64,000 nt of DNA from Burkholderiales bacterium (GTDB lineage: Bacteria; Pseudomonadota; Gammaproteobacteria; Burkholderiales; Burkholderiaceae_E): NCBI GenBank assembly GCA_005798775.1, contig SYIM01000036.1, positions 16,378 through 80,377 of the forward strand. The letters run 5' to 3'. Shown in pieces: positions 48,008 through 57,416 of the stretch (position 1 is the stretch's first letter; each line of letters starts with the position of its first letter). The position numbers and the translations under genes are program-made. Below the pieces are notes generated by a model. It had not been told where the DNA came from, did no database searches, and saw only the letters and a list, made by a program, of their open reading frames with translations.

Positions 48008-48946
48008 GTGCTCACGCTTTCCCTGAAATCGCTCACCCCGTTTGCCGCGGAAGTTCACGGCTTCGATCTGCGCGCGCCGCTGGGGCCAGATGGCGTGGCC
48101 GCGATCGAGTCTGCAATGGACCAGCATGCGGTGCTGGTGTTTCGCGATCAGCAGCTGGACCAGGATCAGCAGATTGCGCTTGCGCGTGCGCTGGGCCCGC
48201 TGGATCTCGGCCTGCGCCGCGTACGCATGGTGCAAACCCGGGCGCATCGTTTTCGTCACGAGGAACTCGCCGATATCTCCAATGTCACCGCCGAGGGCGA
48301 GGTGGCACCGCGCGACCACGCCAAGATCGTGAGTAACCTCGCCAACCAGCTGTGGCACAGCGACAGCTCGTTCCAGAAACCACGGGCGAAGTACTCGATG
48401 CTGTATTCAGTGGTAACCCCGCAGACCGGCGGCGACACCGAGTTCGCCGATCTCCGTATGGCCTGGGATGCACTCCCCGATTGGCGCAAGCGCCAGGTCG
48501 AGCCGCTCGCTGCGGTTCACTACGCCCTGCATTCGCGATTCATGCTGGGCGACACCCACTACACCCCGGAACAGCGCGATGCGATCAAGCCAGCGGTCTG
48601 GCCGCTGGTTCAAACCGATCCGCGTTCGGGACGAAAAATCCTCTTCGTCGGTATCCACGCCTGCGAGATTCCAGGCATGTCCTTACCCGAAGCGCGACTG
48701 CTGTTACTCGATCTGCTCGAACATGCCACGCAGCGCGAGTTCATTTATCGGCATCAGTGGCGGGTCGGTGACCTCGTGATGTGGGACAACACGGCCACGC
48801 TCCATCGGGGTCGTTACTTCGATATCTCGGAACGCCGCGAACTGCGCCGCGCCACCACGGAAGAGGTTGGCCTGTCGCCCGAGGCCGAGTCGCTCGCGGC
48901 GCGCGGTGCCGATCAGATTGCTCACTATCGCTATCAGACCGCCTGA
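48008..48946 (+). CDS. TauD/TfdA family Fe(II)/2-oxoglutarate-dependent dioxygenase
   Basis: WHSDSSF (HxD iron ligands), GGDTEFAD and a distal His/Arg region (HRGRYF). GTG 48008 preceded by AAGGA. Confidence 0.85.
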   Translation: MLTLSLKSLTPFAAEVHGFDLRAPLGPDGVAAIESAMDQHAVLVFRDQQLDQDQQIALARALGPLDLGLRRVRMVQTRAHRFRHEELADISNVTAEGEVAPRDHAKIVSNLANQLWHSDSSFQKPRAKYSMLYSVVTPQTGGDTEFADLRMAWDALPDWRKRQVEPLAAVHYALHSRFMLGDTHYTPEQRDAIKPAVWPLVQTDPRSGRKILFVGIHACEIPGMSLPEARLLLLDLLEHATQREFIYRHQWRVGDLVMWDNTATLHRGRYFDISERRELRRATTEEVGLSPEAESLAARGADQIAHYRYQTA

Positions 48947-48987
48947 GCGACCCGCCAACGCGCAACCAACTCCTCACGATCAACGCC

Positions 48988-49683
48988 ATGCACCCCTCCG
49001 CCCTTCCTGCCGACATCGCCGAGCGGCTGCGCGTGCGACGGGGCCGTCAGCACATCTACGAACAACTCGATTGCCGCAAGAGCGCGCTGGTGGTGATCGA
49101 CATGCAGAATGCGTTTCTTCGGGAGGGTGCTCCGTCCGAAACGCCGGCGGCGCGCCAGATCGTGCCCCAGATCAATCGGCTGGCGCGCACCGTGCGCGCC
49201 GGTGGCGGGCTGGTGGCCTTCACGCTTGGCACCTTTGCCCGCAGCGGCCCCGATGCCTGGCCCCACTTCTTTGAGCACATGGTGAACCCAGCGCATGCCG
49301 AGGCCATACTGGCCGCACTCAGCCCGGGCTCTCCTGACCATGCGCTATGGCCAGGGCTGGAGGTGGAATCAGAGGATCTTCAGCTCGCAAAGAAACGCTA
49401 CAGCGCTTTTTTCCCGGCAGCATGCGAACTTCCCCGACATCTTCGCGAGCGCGGCATCGACACCGTGGTGATCGCTGGCACGCTCACCAACGTGTGCTGC
49501 GAGGCCTCGGCGCGCGATGCCATGATGGCCGACTATAAGGTGGTGATGGCAAGCGATGCCAACGCCGCCCGATCTGATGCCGAGCATTTGGGCGCAATCG
49601 TGAGCCTTGCCCAGTTTTTTGCTGACGTCCGGAGTACCGACGACATCATCTCCATGCTCTCAGGGCCACGCCAATCAGCCTGA
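48988..49683 (+). CDS. Isochorismatase-family cysteine hydrolase
   Basis: ALVVIDMQNAF, KKRYSAF and VVIAGTLTNVCCEASARDA (catalytic D-K-C pattern). Confidence 0.85.
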   Translation: MHPSALPADIAERLRVRRGRQHIYEQLDCRKSALVVIDMQNAFLREGAPSETPAARQIVPQINRLARTVRAGGGLVAFTLGTFARSGPDAWPHFFEHMVNPAHAEAILAALSPGSPDHALWPGLEVESEDLQLAKKRYSAFFPAACELPRHLRERGIDTVVIAGTLTNVCCEASARDAMMADYKVVMASDANAARSDAEHLGAIVSLAQFFADVRSTDDIISMLSGPRQSA

Positions 49684-49695
49684 TACAGAGGGCGC

Positions 49696-51405
49696 TCAGG
49701 TGCAGATCACATCAATCAGCGCCTGCCGTCGATGCACGCGTACCTGCTCGATCGCCTCGCTGAGCGCATCCTGTAACGCGTTCCAGGTCTGAACCCGGGC
49801 GCCCCAGCCGCCGCAGGCCTCCGCCACCTGGTCAAACCGTGGCATGGGACGCAGGTCCGAGAGGGCCATGCCTTCTCGTACCGCCTGCCCCTCAGGGTAC
49901 ATCGCACGGGTGGCCCGCTCGACGGCACCATAGCCGCCGTTATTGAGAACCAGCGTCAGTACGGGAATACCGTGCATGGCTGCGCTGTGATGGCAGGCGA
50001 GCGGATTGGCAAACGAGTAGCTGCCATCGCCGAGGGCGGCAATGACCAACGCATCGGGACGAGCAAGCCGGGCACCGAGCGCTGCGGGCAGCCCCCATCC
50101 AAGCCCCCCTACCGGACTGGATCCGAAATAACTGCCGGGCGTCTCAAGCCTCAGCGCCGCCGGCACCAACGAATATTCGTTGATCACAATCGCATCGGGG
50201 TGTTGAGCCAGGGCGAGACCCAGCGCATAGCTGGCGGCAGCCATGGTGAGCGGCGAGTCGGGACGCTGCCCCGCTTCGATCGCCTGCGTGAGCGCACGGC
50301 TGCGAGCCGATGCTTTCACGGCGACCCAGGCCTGGCGCGATGGCGGAGGCGGTCCATGGCTTGCAAGCGCCTGCTCGAGCGCACGCAAACACGCGAGCGG
50401 CGCGACCGACGCGCTGAGATCGCTGCGAAAACTCCGGACCGGATAACGGGAGAACAAGGGGTCGGCGCCGACATGCAGCACCGGTACGCCCTCGCGAGGC
50501 TCGGCTTGGCCCGGGATCCAGGGCACATCACTATCCAGAACCAGGATCGCATCGGCCTCCGTCAGCCAGGGCTGAACTTCATAGCCGCCGTGCATCGGGT
50601 GTGAGTTAGGAAGGTTCAGATAGCGAGGGCGAAACTCAACGACCGGCCAGGCGTGCTTGAGCGCGATTCTCGCCAGCACCTCAACGGCTTCCGGGTCCCG
50701 TCCGGCTCGTGAGGTGATGATGAGCGGACGCTCAGCTGCCGCGAGTACGCGAGCCATCTCGGCCATCGTTTCAGAATCTGGTTGTCCGGCCATGACGGGC
50801 GCCTGCGCGCTCGCCACGGGCGCAGCACAGGTCTCGTGCATGGCCTCTCTTGGCAGGCTCAGGTAGACCGGCCCCTGCGGCTGCGCATGGGAAATAGCCA
50901 TCGCCCGATCGATCACCGATTCGAGCTGCTGCGCAGCACGCAACTCGTAGTCCCACTTGCAGTGCTCTCGCACGATCCCCGCCTGATCGAACATCTCCTG
51001 AGCCCAGTGAATATTGAGTGACCGGCTGGCAACCGATCCCTTCTCGAACCAGGGCGTACGACCAGCCGCGAGCAGCATTGGAATGTTCTCGCGCGACGCG
51101 TTGATGAGCCCACACAATGCGTTGGCGGTCCCAACGTTGACGTGTACCATCACAGCTTGCGCGCGCCCGGTCACCATCGTTACGCCGTAGGCCATACCGA
51201 CGGCGATATTCTCGTGGGGAACCAGCAGCGTTCGCGGTACTGACCTCGCGTCGGCCCGAACCTTTGCTAAGGCCTCCACAATCGACGGAAAATCGGTTCC
51301 GGAATTCACAAAGAAAAATGCGACGCCACGGCTCGCGAGCAGCTTGAGCAGCACCTCGCCCGCGGGCAGGGCATTGCGAGAAGAGGAAGGCTGGTGGACA
51401 TTCAT
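49696..51405 (-). CDS. Thiamine-diphosphate-dependent enzyme (acetolactate-synthase-like fold)
   Basis: N-terminal Pyr domain FFFVNSGTDFPSIVEAL. The C-terminal PP domain has GGLGWGLPAALGA..ALGDGSYSF.NP. Specificity unknown. Confidence 0.85.
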   Translation of the reverse strand: MNVHQPSSSRNALPAGEVLLKLLASRGVAFFFVNSGTDFPSIVEALAKVRADARSVPRTLLVPHENIAVGMAYGVTMVTGRAQAVMVHVNVGTANALCGLINASRENIPMLLAAGRTPWFEKGSVASRSLNIHWAQEMFDQAGIVREHCKWDYELRAAQQLESVIDRAMAISHAQPQGPVYLSLPREAMHETCAAPVASAQAPVMAGQPDSETMAEMARVLAAAERPLIITSRAGRDPEAVEVLARIALKHAWPVVEFRPRYLNLPNSHPMHGGYEVQPWLTEADAILVLDSDVPWIPGQAEPREGVPVLHVGADPLFSRYPVRSFRSDLSASVAPLACLRALEQALASHGPPPPSRQAWVAVKASARSRALTQAIEAGQRPDSPLTMAAASYALGLALAQHPDAIVINEYSLVPAALRLETPGSYFGSSPVGGLGWGLPAALGARLARPDALVIAALGDGSYSFANPLACHHSAAMHGIPVLTLVLNNGGYGAVERATRAMYPEGQAVREGMALSDLRPMPRFDQVAEACGGWGARVQTWNALQDALSEAIEQVRVHRRQALIDVICT

Positions 51406-51523
51406 GATGGAACCGGTCGGCTGCCGAATTGATATCGTTGTGTAGCATCGTTGGGATCAGCGGCGCGGTCAAATTGAACAACCATCGATATTGAACAGAA
51501 CGCAACGCCCGAGGAGGTCAATC

Positions 51524-52708
51524 GTGAAACGTTCACACCAACTTGTTTCATCCGCATTGCTGGCTCTTGCCGCGATGGGCTGCCCGGCGCTCAAAGCGCA
51601 GGCACAGGCTGCATCGCCCGCACGCCTTCAGATCGGCGTGCTCACCTCGCTCACCGGGTCGATGGCAGCGCCCGGCGTTTTCCAGATGAATGGCTTCCGG
51701 CTGGCGGTCGAAGAGATCAACGGCTCGGGTGGTCTCGCGATCGCCGGCCGCACCTATACGCTGGAGTTGAAGGTTTACGATACCCGCGCCAACCCCAGCG
51801 AGGGGGCCTCCGCCATGCAACGGCTGGCAACGGTGGACAAGGTCCCGGTGGTACTGGGTGAGTTGTCGTCCGGCGTTGCTGCCGCGATCGCCCCGATCGC
51901 GCAAGACTATTCGCTGCCCCTGGTGCTCACCGTGCCCACCGGGCCAAATCTCACCGAGCAGAACAATCCGTTTCTGTTTCGCGTCAACGCACACAACAAC
52001 CAGCTGAATCAGGCGCTCGCCGATTTCGTGAGCAAGCAGGGCTGGGCGCCCATCTCCTTTATCGCCTGGAATAACGATGCTGGCCGCGGTGGCGTCACCG
52101 GTATGCGCCAACTGCTCCCCGCCGCCACGAAAGACGGCTATGTGGGCTACTTCAATGTGGGCGAACTCGATTTCTCAAGCCATGTGTCGAATGTGCGAAA
52201 CAGCCGCGCCCAGGCTGTCATGCTGTTCATGGACGAGGAGCCAGGTAGCCTCGCCATCCGGCAACTGCGCGACGCCGGACTCAAGACCCAGATCGTAGGC
52301 ACGCTCGCCATGGGATCAGACCGCTTCCTGAAGCGACTCGATGCCCAGCGGCTCGATGGTATGGTGCAATACAACGCGTTTCCACCAAATGCCGACACGC
52401 CACGAATTCGCAATTTCAGCCAGCGCTACAAGGCGAAATACGGCGAGGAGGCACACGGCTTTGCAGCGCAGTCCTACGACGGACTGATGGTTGCGGTCGC
52501 CGCCATGCGTGCGGCGGGCACTGTGAATCATGGCAAGGCCATCCGCGATGCGCTCGCCAAAATCAAGCACGAGGGTGTGATCGGCAACATTCAGTTCGAC
52601 GCCAAAGGGCAGGCGCATCCCAGCGTCTATGTCACGCAGTGGTGCGCCGACGGTACCCGTCGCATTCTTTATCCCGAAAGCGCGAAGGCTGGCTGCGGCG
52701 CGGGCTGA
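51524..52708 (+). CDS. LIV-type ABC transporter periplasmic substrate-binding protein
   Basis: GTG 51524, 6 nt after GAGGAGG. Signal peptide ..LKAQAQA, then LQIGVLTSLTGSMAAPG. Confidence 0.85.
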   Translation: MKRSHQLVSSALLALAAMGCPALKAQAQAASPARLQIGVLTSLTGSMAAPGVFQMNGFRLAVEEINGSGGLAIAGRTYTLELKVYDTRANPSEGASAMQRLATVDKVPVVLGELSSGVAAAIAPIAQDYSLPLVLTVPTGPNLTEQNNPFLFRVNAHNNQLNQALADFVSKQGWAPISFIAWNNDAGRGGVTGMRQLLPAATKDGYVGYFNVGELDFSSHVSNVRNSRAQAVMLFMDEEPGSLAIRQLRDAGLKTQIVGTLAMGSDRFLKRLDAQRLDGMVQYNAFPPNADTPRIRNFSQRYKAKYGEEAHGFAAQSYDGLMVAVAAMRAAGTVNHGKAIRDALAKIKHEGVIGNIQFDAKGQAHPSVYVTQWCADGTRRILYPESAKAGCGAG

Positions 52709-52726
52709 TCGCAGTCAGTCGGTCAC

Positions 52727-53605
52727 ATGATGGGCGAGGCGCTTCTCGAGCAGGTAATCAACGGCCTGATGATGGGCTCGCTCTACGTGCTGGTTGCACT
52801 CGGCATGGTGCTGATCTATGGCGTGATGCATGTCGTCAATTTTGCGCACGGCGTTCTCTTCACCCTCGGTGGCTATGTCGGCGTCTTCTGTTATCAGCAT
52901 CTGGCGCCCAGCTATGCACTGGCGCTCCTGCTCTCAGTTGCCTCGCTCGCCATCGTGGGGCTCGCCATCGAGCGGCTGGTGTTTCACCCGCTCGACGGCA
53001 ATCTGCGCAATCAGGTCATCGCGTCCCTCGGGCTCATTCTGTTTTTAGAAAATCTCATCATCGCAATATGGGGCGCCACAGCGCTTCAGTGGAAGGTGGC
53101 AAGCACTGACCATCTGGTGCGTATCGGATCGCTTCAGTTCAGTCTCCACCACCTTGGCATCATTGCGATCACGCTGGTACTGGTCGCGGTCCTGGGCCTC
53201 TTTCTCAAATACTCGCGATTCGGCACTGCAATTCGTGCCACCAGCCAGAGCCGCGAGGCTGCTCTTGTGGTGGGTATTCCGGTGCGGCGCGTCCAGTGGA
53301 GCAGCTTTGCGATCGGCTGCATGCTGGCCGGACTGGGTGGCGGACTGGTCGGCCCCCTGTTCCTGGTGTTCCCGCAAATGGGCGATGTTCCGCTCGTCAA
53401 GGGCCTGGCTGGTATTCTGCTCGGCGGTATGGGCAGTGTTCCTGGCGCGGTGTTGGGGGGCATGCTGCTCGGCGTCACCGAGTCGGTATCCACGCTATTC
53501 CTGCCCACCGACTACCGCGACTCCATCGCATTCATGGTGATGGTTCTTATCCTCCTCTTCCGACCTCAGGGCCTTTTCGGCCAGCGAATCCGGGGGGAAG
53601 ACTGA
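52727..53605 (+). CDS. Branched-chain-amino-acid-type ABC transporter permease (LivH-like)
   Basis: QVINGLMMGSLYVLVALGMVLIYG and NFAHG motifs. Confidence 0.9.
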   Translation: MMGEALLEQVINGLMMGSLYVLVALGMVLIYGVMHVVNFAHGVLFTLGGYVGVFCYQHLAPSYALALLLSVASLAIVGLAIERLVFHPLDGNLRNQVIASLGLILFLENLIIAIWGATALQWKVASTDHLVRIGSLQFSLHHLGIIAITLVLVAVLGLFLKYSRFGTAIRATSQSREAALVVGIPVRRVQWSSFAIGCMLAGLGGGLVGPLFLVFPQMGDVPLVKGLAGILLGGMGSVPGAVLGGMLLGVTESVSTLFLPTDYRDSIAFMVMVLILLFRPQGLFGQRIRGED

Positions 53606-54585
53606 TGAAGTGGGCAGCTTTTGCCCCGCGCGTGCTTGGCGTCCTGGTATTGATCACGCTCCTCAGCGCCCCGGCGTGGGCGGCGGGTCATCCCTATGTG
53701 CTTCACATGCTGGTGCTGTCCTGCATCATTTCGATCGCGGCAGTGGGCCTGAATCTGATGCTGGGCTATGGCGGACTGGTGAGTCTTGGCCACATGGGAT
53801 TCGCCGGACTTGGCGCCTATGTAGCGGCGGTGCTGATGGTGGACGCACGCTGGAGTTTCTGGGGCGCGCTGGGCGCGGCAACCATTGCCTCGGCGATCGT
53901 CGGTGCGCTGATCGGTCTGATTTGCTTCCGATTCCGGGGCCACTTCTTCATGATCGTCACGCTTGCTTTTGGTCTCCTCCTTCATGCGGTCATGAACAAC
54001 TGGGATGACGTGACACGGGGCGCGGCCGGTCTGCCGGGTGTCCCCCGCCCAGCGGCGTGGCGCTGGGGCGACACAGTGATCAGCTTTGGGCAGTTACCGA
54101 ACTTCTACTATCTCGCGCTGGCCATCACGCTCGCCGTCTTTGTCGTGCAGTATCTTGTGGTGCGCTCTGATCTGGGCCGCGTGCTCGGATCGATCCGTCA
54201 GGACGAAAGACTCGCTCGTGCCCGGGGGGTCAATGTCATCGTGTTCAAAACTGTGGTGTTCGCCCTGGGGTCGGCGCTTGCCGGCATAAGCGGCGTCCTG
54301 CAGGTCTCGTTCCTGAGGGTCGCCGCACCGGCGAGTTTCACCATGCTGGAGAGCATCAACACGGTCCTGGTGGTGATTGTTGGCGGCGCGGGCTTTCTCG
54401 TCGGGCCAGCGGTCGGAGCATTGCTCTATGTCACGCTACCCGAGGCGCTGCGTCTGGCCAATGAGTGGCGACTGGTGATCTTCGGGGGTCTGCTGGTCAT
54501 CATGATGCTATTCGCGCCGCAGGGCCTCACCGGGCTAGCACACACACTGTGGCAACGCGTCACCAGTGGGCGCTTCCCGCCATGA
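53605..54585 (+). CDS. Branched-chain-amino-acid-type ABC transporter permease (LivM-like)
   Basis: In-frame ATG 53605 (TGATG overlap). GYGGLVSLGHMGFAGLGAY motif. Confidence 0.85.
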   Translation: MKWAAFAPRVLGVLVLITLLSAPAWAAGHPYVLHMLVLSCIISIAAVGLNLMLGYGGLVSLGHMGFAGLGAYVAAVLMVDARWSFWGALGAATIASAIVGALIGLICFRFRGHFFMIVTLAFGLLLHAVMNNWDDVTRGAAGLPGVPRPAAWRWGDTVISFGQLPNFYYLALAITLAVFVVQYLVVRSDLGRVLGSIRQDERLARARGVNVIVFKTVVFALGSALAGISGVLQVSFLRVAAPASFTMLESINTVLVVIVGGAGFLVGPAVGALLYVTLPEALRLANEWRLVIFGGLLVIMMLFAPQGLTGLAHTLWQRVTSGRFPP

Positions 54586-55331
54586 GCGTCCTCGAAGTGA
54601 AGGGTCTTCGCAAAGCCTACGGTGGTATTCATGCACTCGATGATGCGGGCTTTGTGATCGATTCGCCTGGTCTCTACGGTCTGATCGGTCCCAACGGCGC
54701 GGGCAAGACCACCCTCTTTGATGTGGTCGCGGGGACAGTGCAGGCCGATGCGGGCAGCGTCTGCTTTGAGGGCGAGAACATCACAGGCTGGCCGTCCCAT
54801 CGACGAGCCCTGGGCGGAATTGCGCGCAGTTTTCAGGAGTGCCGGGTCCTACCCGAGGAGACCTGTCTGGATAACGTGCTCTTTGCCGCCCAGCCAAAGG
54901 GCTTGGGCACATGCGTGCGGCAACTCGTCTCGCGCAGCAACGCCCATCGTCGTCGTGTCACAGACGAGGCCATGCGCCTGCTGAGCCTGGTACGGCTGCA
55001 GGGACATGCCCACACACCCGCCGCACAGCTCTCGTTCGGTCAGAAGCGTCTGCTCGAGCTGGTCTCGGTTTTCATGAGTGCCCCGCAATTGCTACTTCTG
55101 GATGAACCCGCCTCGGGCGTCAACCCTGCGCTGCTCGAGGTGCTGTCCGACTTCATCCGCACCATGTATGCGGAGCAGGCACGGGCCTTTCTGATTGTTG
55201 AGCACAACATGGAATTCATCATGGCGCTCGCCTCCGACATCATCGTGATGCATCAGGGCAAGGTACTGGAGCGCGGCAGTCCCCCGATCGTGCAGGCGAG
55301 CCCGCGCGTGCTGGAGGCCTACCTGGGATGA
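54582..55331 (+). CDS. ABC transporter ATP-binding protein (LivG-like)
   Basis: Walker A GPNGAGKTT, signature SFGQKRLLELV, Walker B LLLLDEP. ATGA overlap. Confidence 0.9.
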   Translation: MSVLEVKGLRKAYGGIHALDDAGFVIDSPGLYGLIGPNGAGKTTLFDVVAGTVQADAGSVCFEGENITGWPSHRRALGGIARSFQECRVLPEETCLDNVLFAAQPKGLGTCVRQLVSRSNAHRRRVTDEAMRLLSLVRLQGHAHTPAAQLSFGQKRLLELVSVFMSAPQLLLLDEPASGVNPALLEVLSDFIRTMYAEQARAFLIVEHNMEFIMALASDIIVMHQGKVLERGSPPIVQASPRVLEAYLG

Positions 55332-56044
55332 GTGCGACGCTGCGCCTGGAGAATTTCGGCGCGGGGTATGGCGCGCGACTGATCATCGAGGATGTTTCTC
55401 TCGAGGTGAATGCCGGCGAGATTGTCACCGTCATCGGTCACAACGGCGCGGGCAAGTCGACGCTGCTTCGTGGCCTGTTCAATCTGGTCCCGATTCGCCA
55501 GGGACGTGTTCTACTGAAGGGCCAGCCGGTTGAGCATCTCGCCTCCGATCGACTACTCACGGCCGGCATCGCATTCATCCCGCAACACCGAAGCATCTTT
55601 CCCCGGCTCACGATCGCGGAAAACCTCCGGATGGGCGCCTACACCGTACGCGACCCTGGCATTCTGGCCGAGCGCATGGCAGGCGTACTCAGGCTTTTCC
55701 CCATTCTTCAGAATCGTCTGGGTCAGCTCGCCGGACTGATGTCAGGCGGTGAGCAGCGAATGTTGGAAATCGCGCGTACCTTGCTGCAGGATCCCTCCCT
55801 CATCATGCTCGATGAACCGTCGATCGGCCTTGCACCGCGAATGGTCGACACGGTCTTTGACACGGTGAGGCTGCTTCGCGATCAGGGTAAGGCTGTACTG
55901 ATGGTCGAACAGAATGTTCGAAAAGCACTGTCGGCGTCAGACCGCGGCGCGGTGATGGAACTGGGAAGCCTGCGGCTAATCGATCAGGCTCGGCATCTGA
56001 TTGATGACGAGCGCGTGGCGCGGCTGTACATGGGCCGACGCTGA
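55328..56044 (+). CDS. ABC transporter ATP-binding protein (LivF-like)
   Basis: Walker A GHNGAGKST, signature SGGEQRMLEIAR, Walker B LIMLDEP. Confidence 0.9.
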   Translation: MSATLRLENFGAGYGARLIIEDVSLEVNAGEIVTVIGHNGAGKSTLLRGLFNLVPIRQGRVLLKGQPVEHLASDRLLTAGIAFIPQHRSIFPRLTIAENLRMGAYTVRDPGILAERMAGVLRLFPILQNRLGQLAGLMSGGEQRMLEIARTLLQDPSLIMLDEPSIGLAPRMVDTVFDTVRLLRDQGKAVLMVEQNVRKALSASDRGAVMELGSLRLIDQARHLIDDERVARLYMGRR

Positions 56045-56055
56045 TCGTCCGCCCG

Positions 56056-57408
56056 CTACGCACTTGTCTTGCCACGCAGGTCGGTGAACCGCTGCGTTTT
56101 CCAGCGTGCGTCCGACTGTAGCGCCCCAACTGCGACCCGCTCGACGTCGGGGGTCACCCCACAGGCGTGCTTGACCAGCCGGACCAGATCGCCAGACAAC
56201 GTGGCGTCGTCTGCGCGCTCTACTCTAACCCTGAGGCGGTCTCCAGAAAGCGGCACATCAGCGACATGCTCAACCGTGATCTGAAAGGGGCAGCCCCCCA
56301 GGTGCCGTTCGAGTTCGGCAATGACTGCGTCGGGATTCACCAACATGCCCTTGACCTTGACCAGAGCGTCTGCCCGACGAGGCGTTCGGGTCAGCCGATC
56401 GGTGACCGCACCGCAGCACGGACAGGGCTCGCGGGTGAGCACCGAGATATCGCCCAACGCATAACGCAGTAGCACCGTGCCACGCCGCTCCAGATGGGTC
56501 AGAAGCACGTTTCCCGGCTCCCCTTCAGCTAACGCTCTGCCGGTCTCGGGGTGCACGATATCGACCTGGAACTGCGCCGGTAACGGATTGTGGAGGCCTG
56601 CCCCCGGATGGCACTCGATCATGCCACCCTGCATTTCAGTGGCTCCATAGGAGATGCTCACCTGCGCGTGGTGGGCCCCCGCTGAGGCGAGCGCCGCCAT
56701 CATGTGTTCCCGCGCGGTCTCGGATAATGCCTCACCCGTGACAAATACTTTACGGACACTTGGAAGCCGGGTGCCAAGTTCGGTTGCGCGCGCGAGCACG
56801 CGCTGAACGTAGCTCGGCACCCCCCACAAAATGGTGGGAGACTGCGCCCTCAGAAGCGCGATCACCTCATCGAGCGAGCGGCCCAGATCGAAATGAGGCG
56901 AGGGGTTACCGGGCATCGCGCTCACCACCGGGATTTGCAGGCTTGCTGCGGCGTGCAGCACACGAATCCAGGCACCGTGTGGTACGGTGGTGAGTGGAAA
57001 CAGATTCGCAATCAGGTCAGTGGGCTGAACACCGCGCAGCAGCAGCATGTTCCGCTGCAGTTTGAGGATATTGAAAAAATCATAGCTGGTGGAGACAAAC
57101 GGCGTGGGTACCCCAGAGGTGGAACCCGTGGTGTACATCACATCCCAAACCGTTCGCATCTCGGGTTCGAGCCCGTCGCTTTCGAGTACGAAGCGCTGGG
57201 ATTCGGCCATGTACTGCGCCTTGGTGGTGACAGGGATACGTTCGAGATCGTCAATCGACTGAAAGTGATCGCGTCTCAGTCTCTCGCGCTGAAACAGGTC
57301 GCGGTAATAGGGATGACGCTCAAACACCAGATCAAGCGTACGAGCGAGTGCTGCCTCGCGCGCAACCCGCAGCGCCGTCAAATCGGTGTGGCCCTCGTAT
57401 CGCGACAT
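56056..57408 (-). CDS. Phenylacetate-CoA-ligase-like adenylate-forming enzyme (PaaK / coenzyme F390 synthetase family)
   Basis: 450 aa. YTTGSTSGVPTPF (AMP-binding P-loop-like motif), YGATE, and a C-terminal KVKG motif. Confidence 0.7.
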   Translation of the reverse strand: MSRYEGHTDLTALRVAREAALARTLDLVFERHPYYRDLFQRERLRRDHFQSIDDLERIPVTTKAQYMAESQRFVLESDGLEPEMRTVWDVMYTTGSTSGVPTPFVSTSYDFFNILKLQRNMLLLRGVQPTDLIANLFPLTTVPHGAWIRVLHAAASLQIPVVSAMPGNPSPHFDLGRSLDEVIALLRAQSPTILWGVPSYVQRVLARATELGTRLPSVRKVFVTGEALSETAREHMMAALASAGAHHAQVSISYGATEMQGGMIECHPGAGLHNPLPAQFQVDIVHPETGRALAEGEPGNVLLTHLERRGTVLLRYALGDISVLTREPCPCCGAVTDRLTRTPRRADALVKVKGMLVNPDAVIAELERHLGGCPFQITVEHVADVPLSGDRLRVRVERADDATLSGDLVRLVKHACGVTPDVERVAVGALQSDARWKTQRFTDLRGKTSA

Positions 57409-57416
57409 GGCCGTAC

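Noticed and set aside
49696-51405. Assigning the ThDP enzyme as sulfoacetaldehyde acetyltransferase (Xsc), given nearby TauD and sulfatase genes
   Set aside because: Only the generic ThDP-fold motifs are visible. There is no adjacent pta or sulfite exporter, and I cannot distinguish Xsc from other acetolactate-synthase-like clades by eye.
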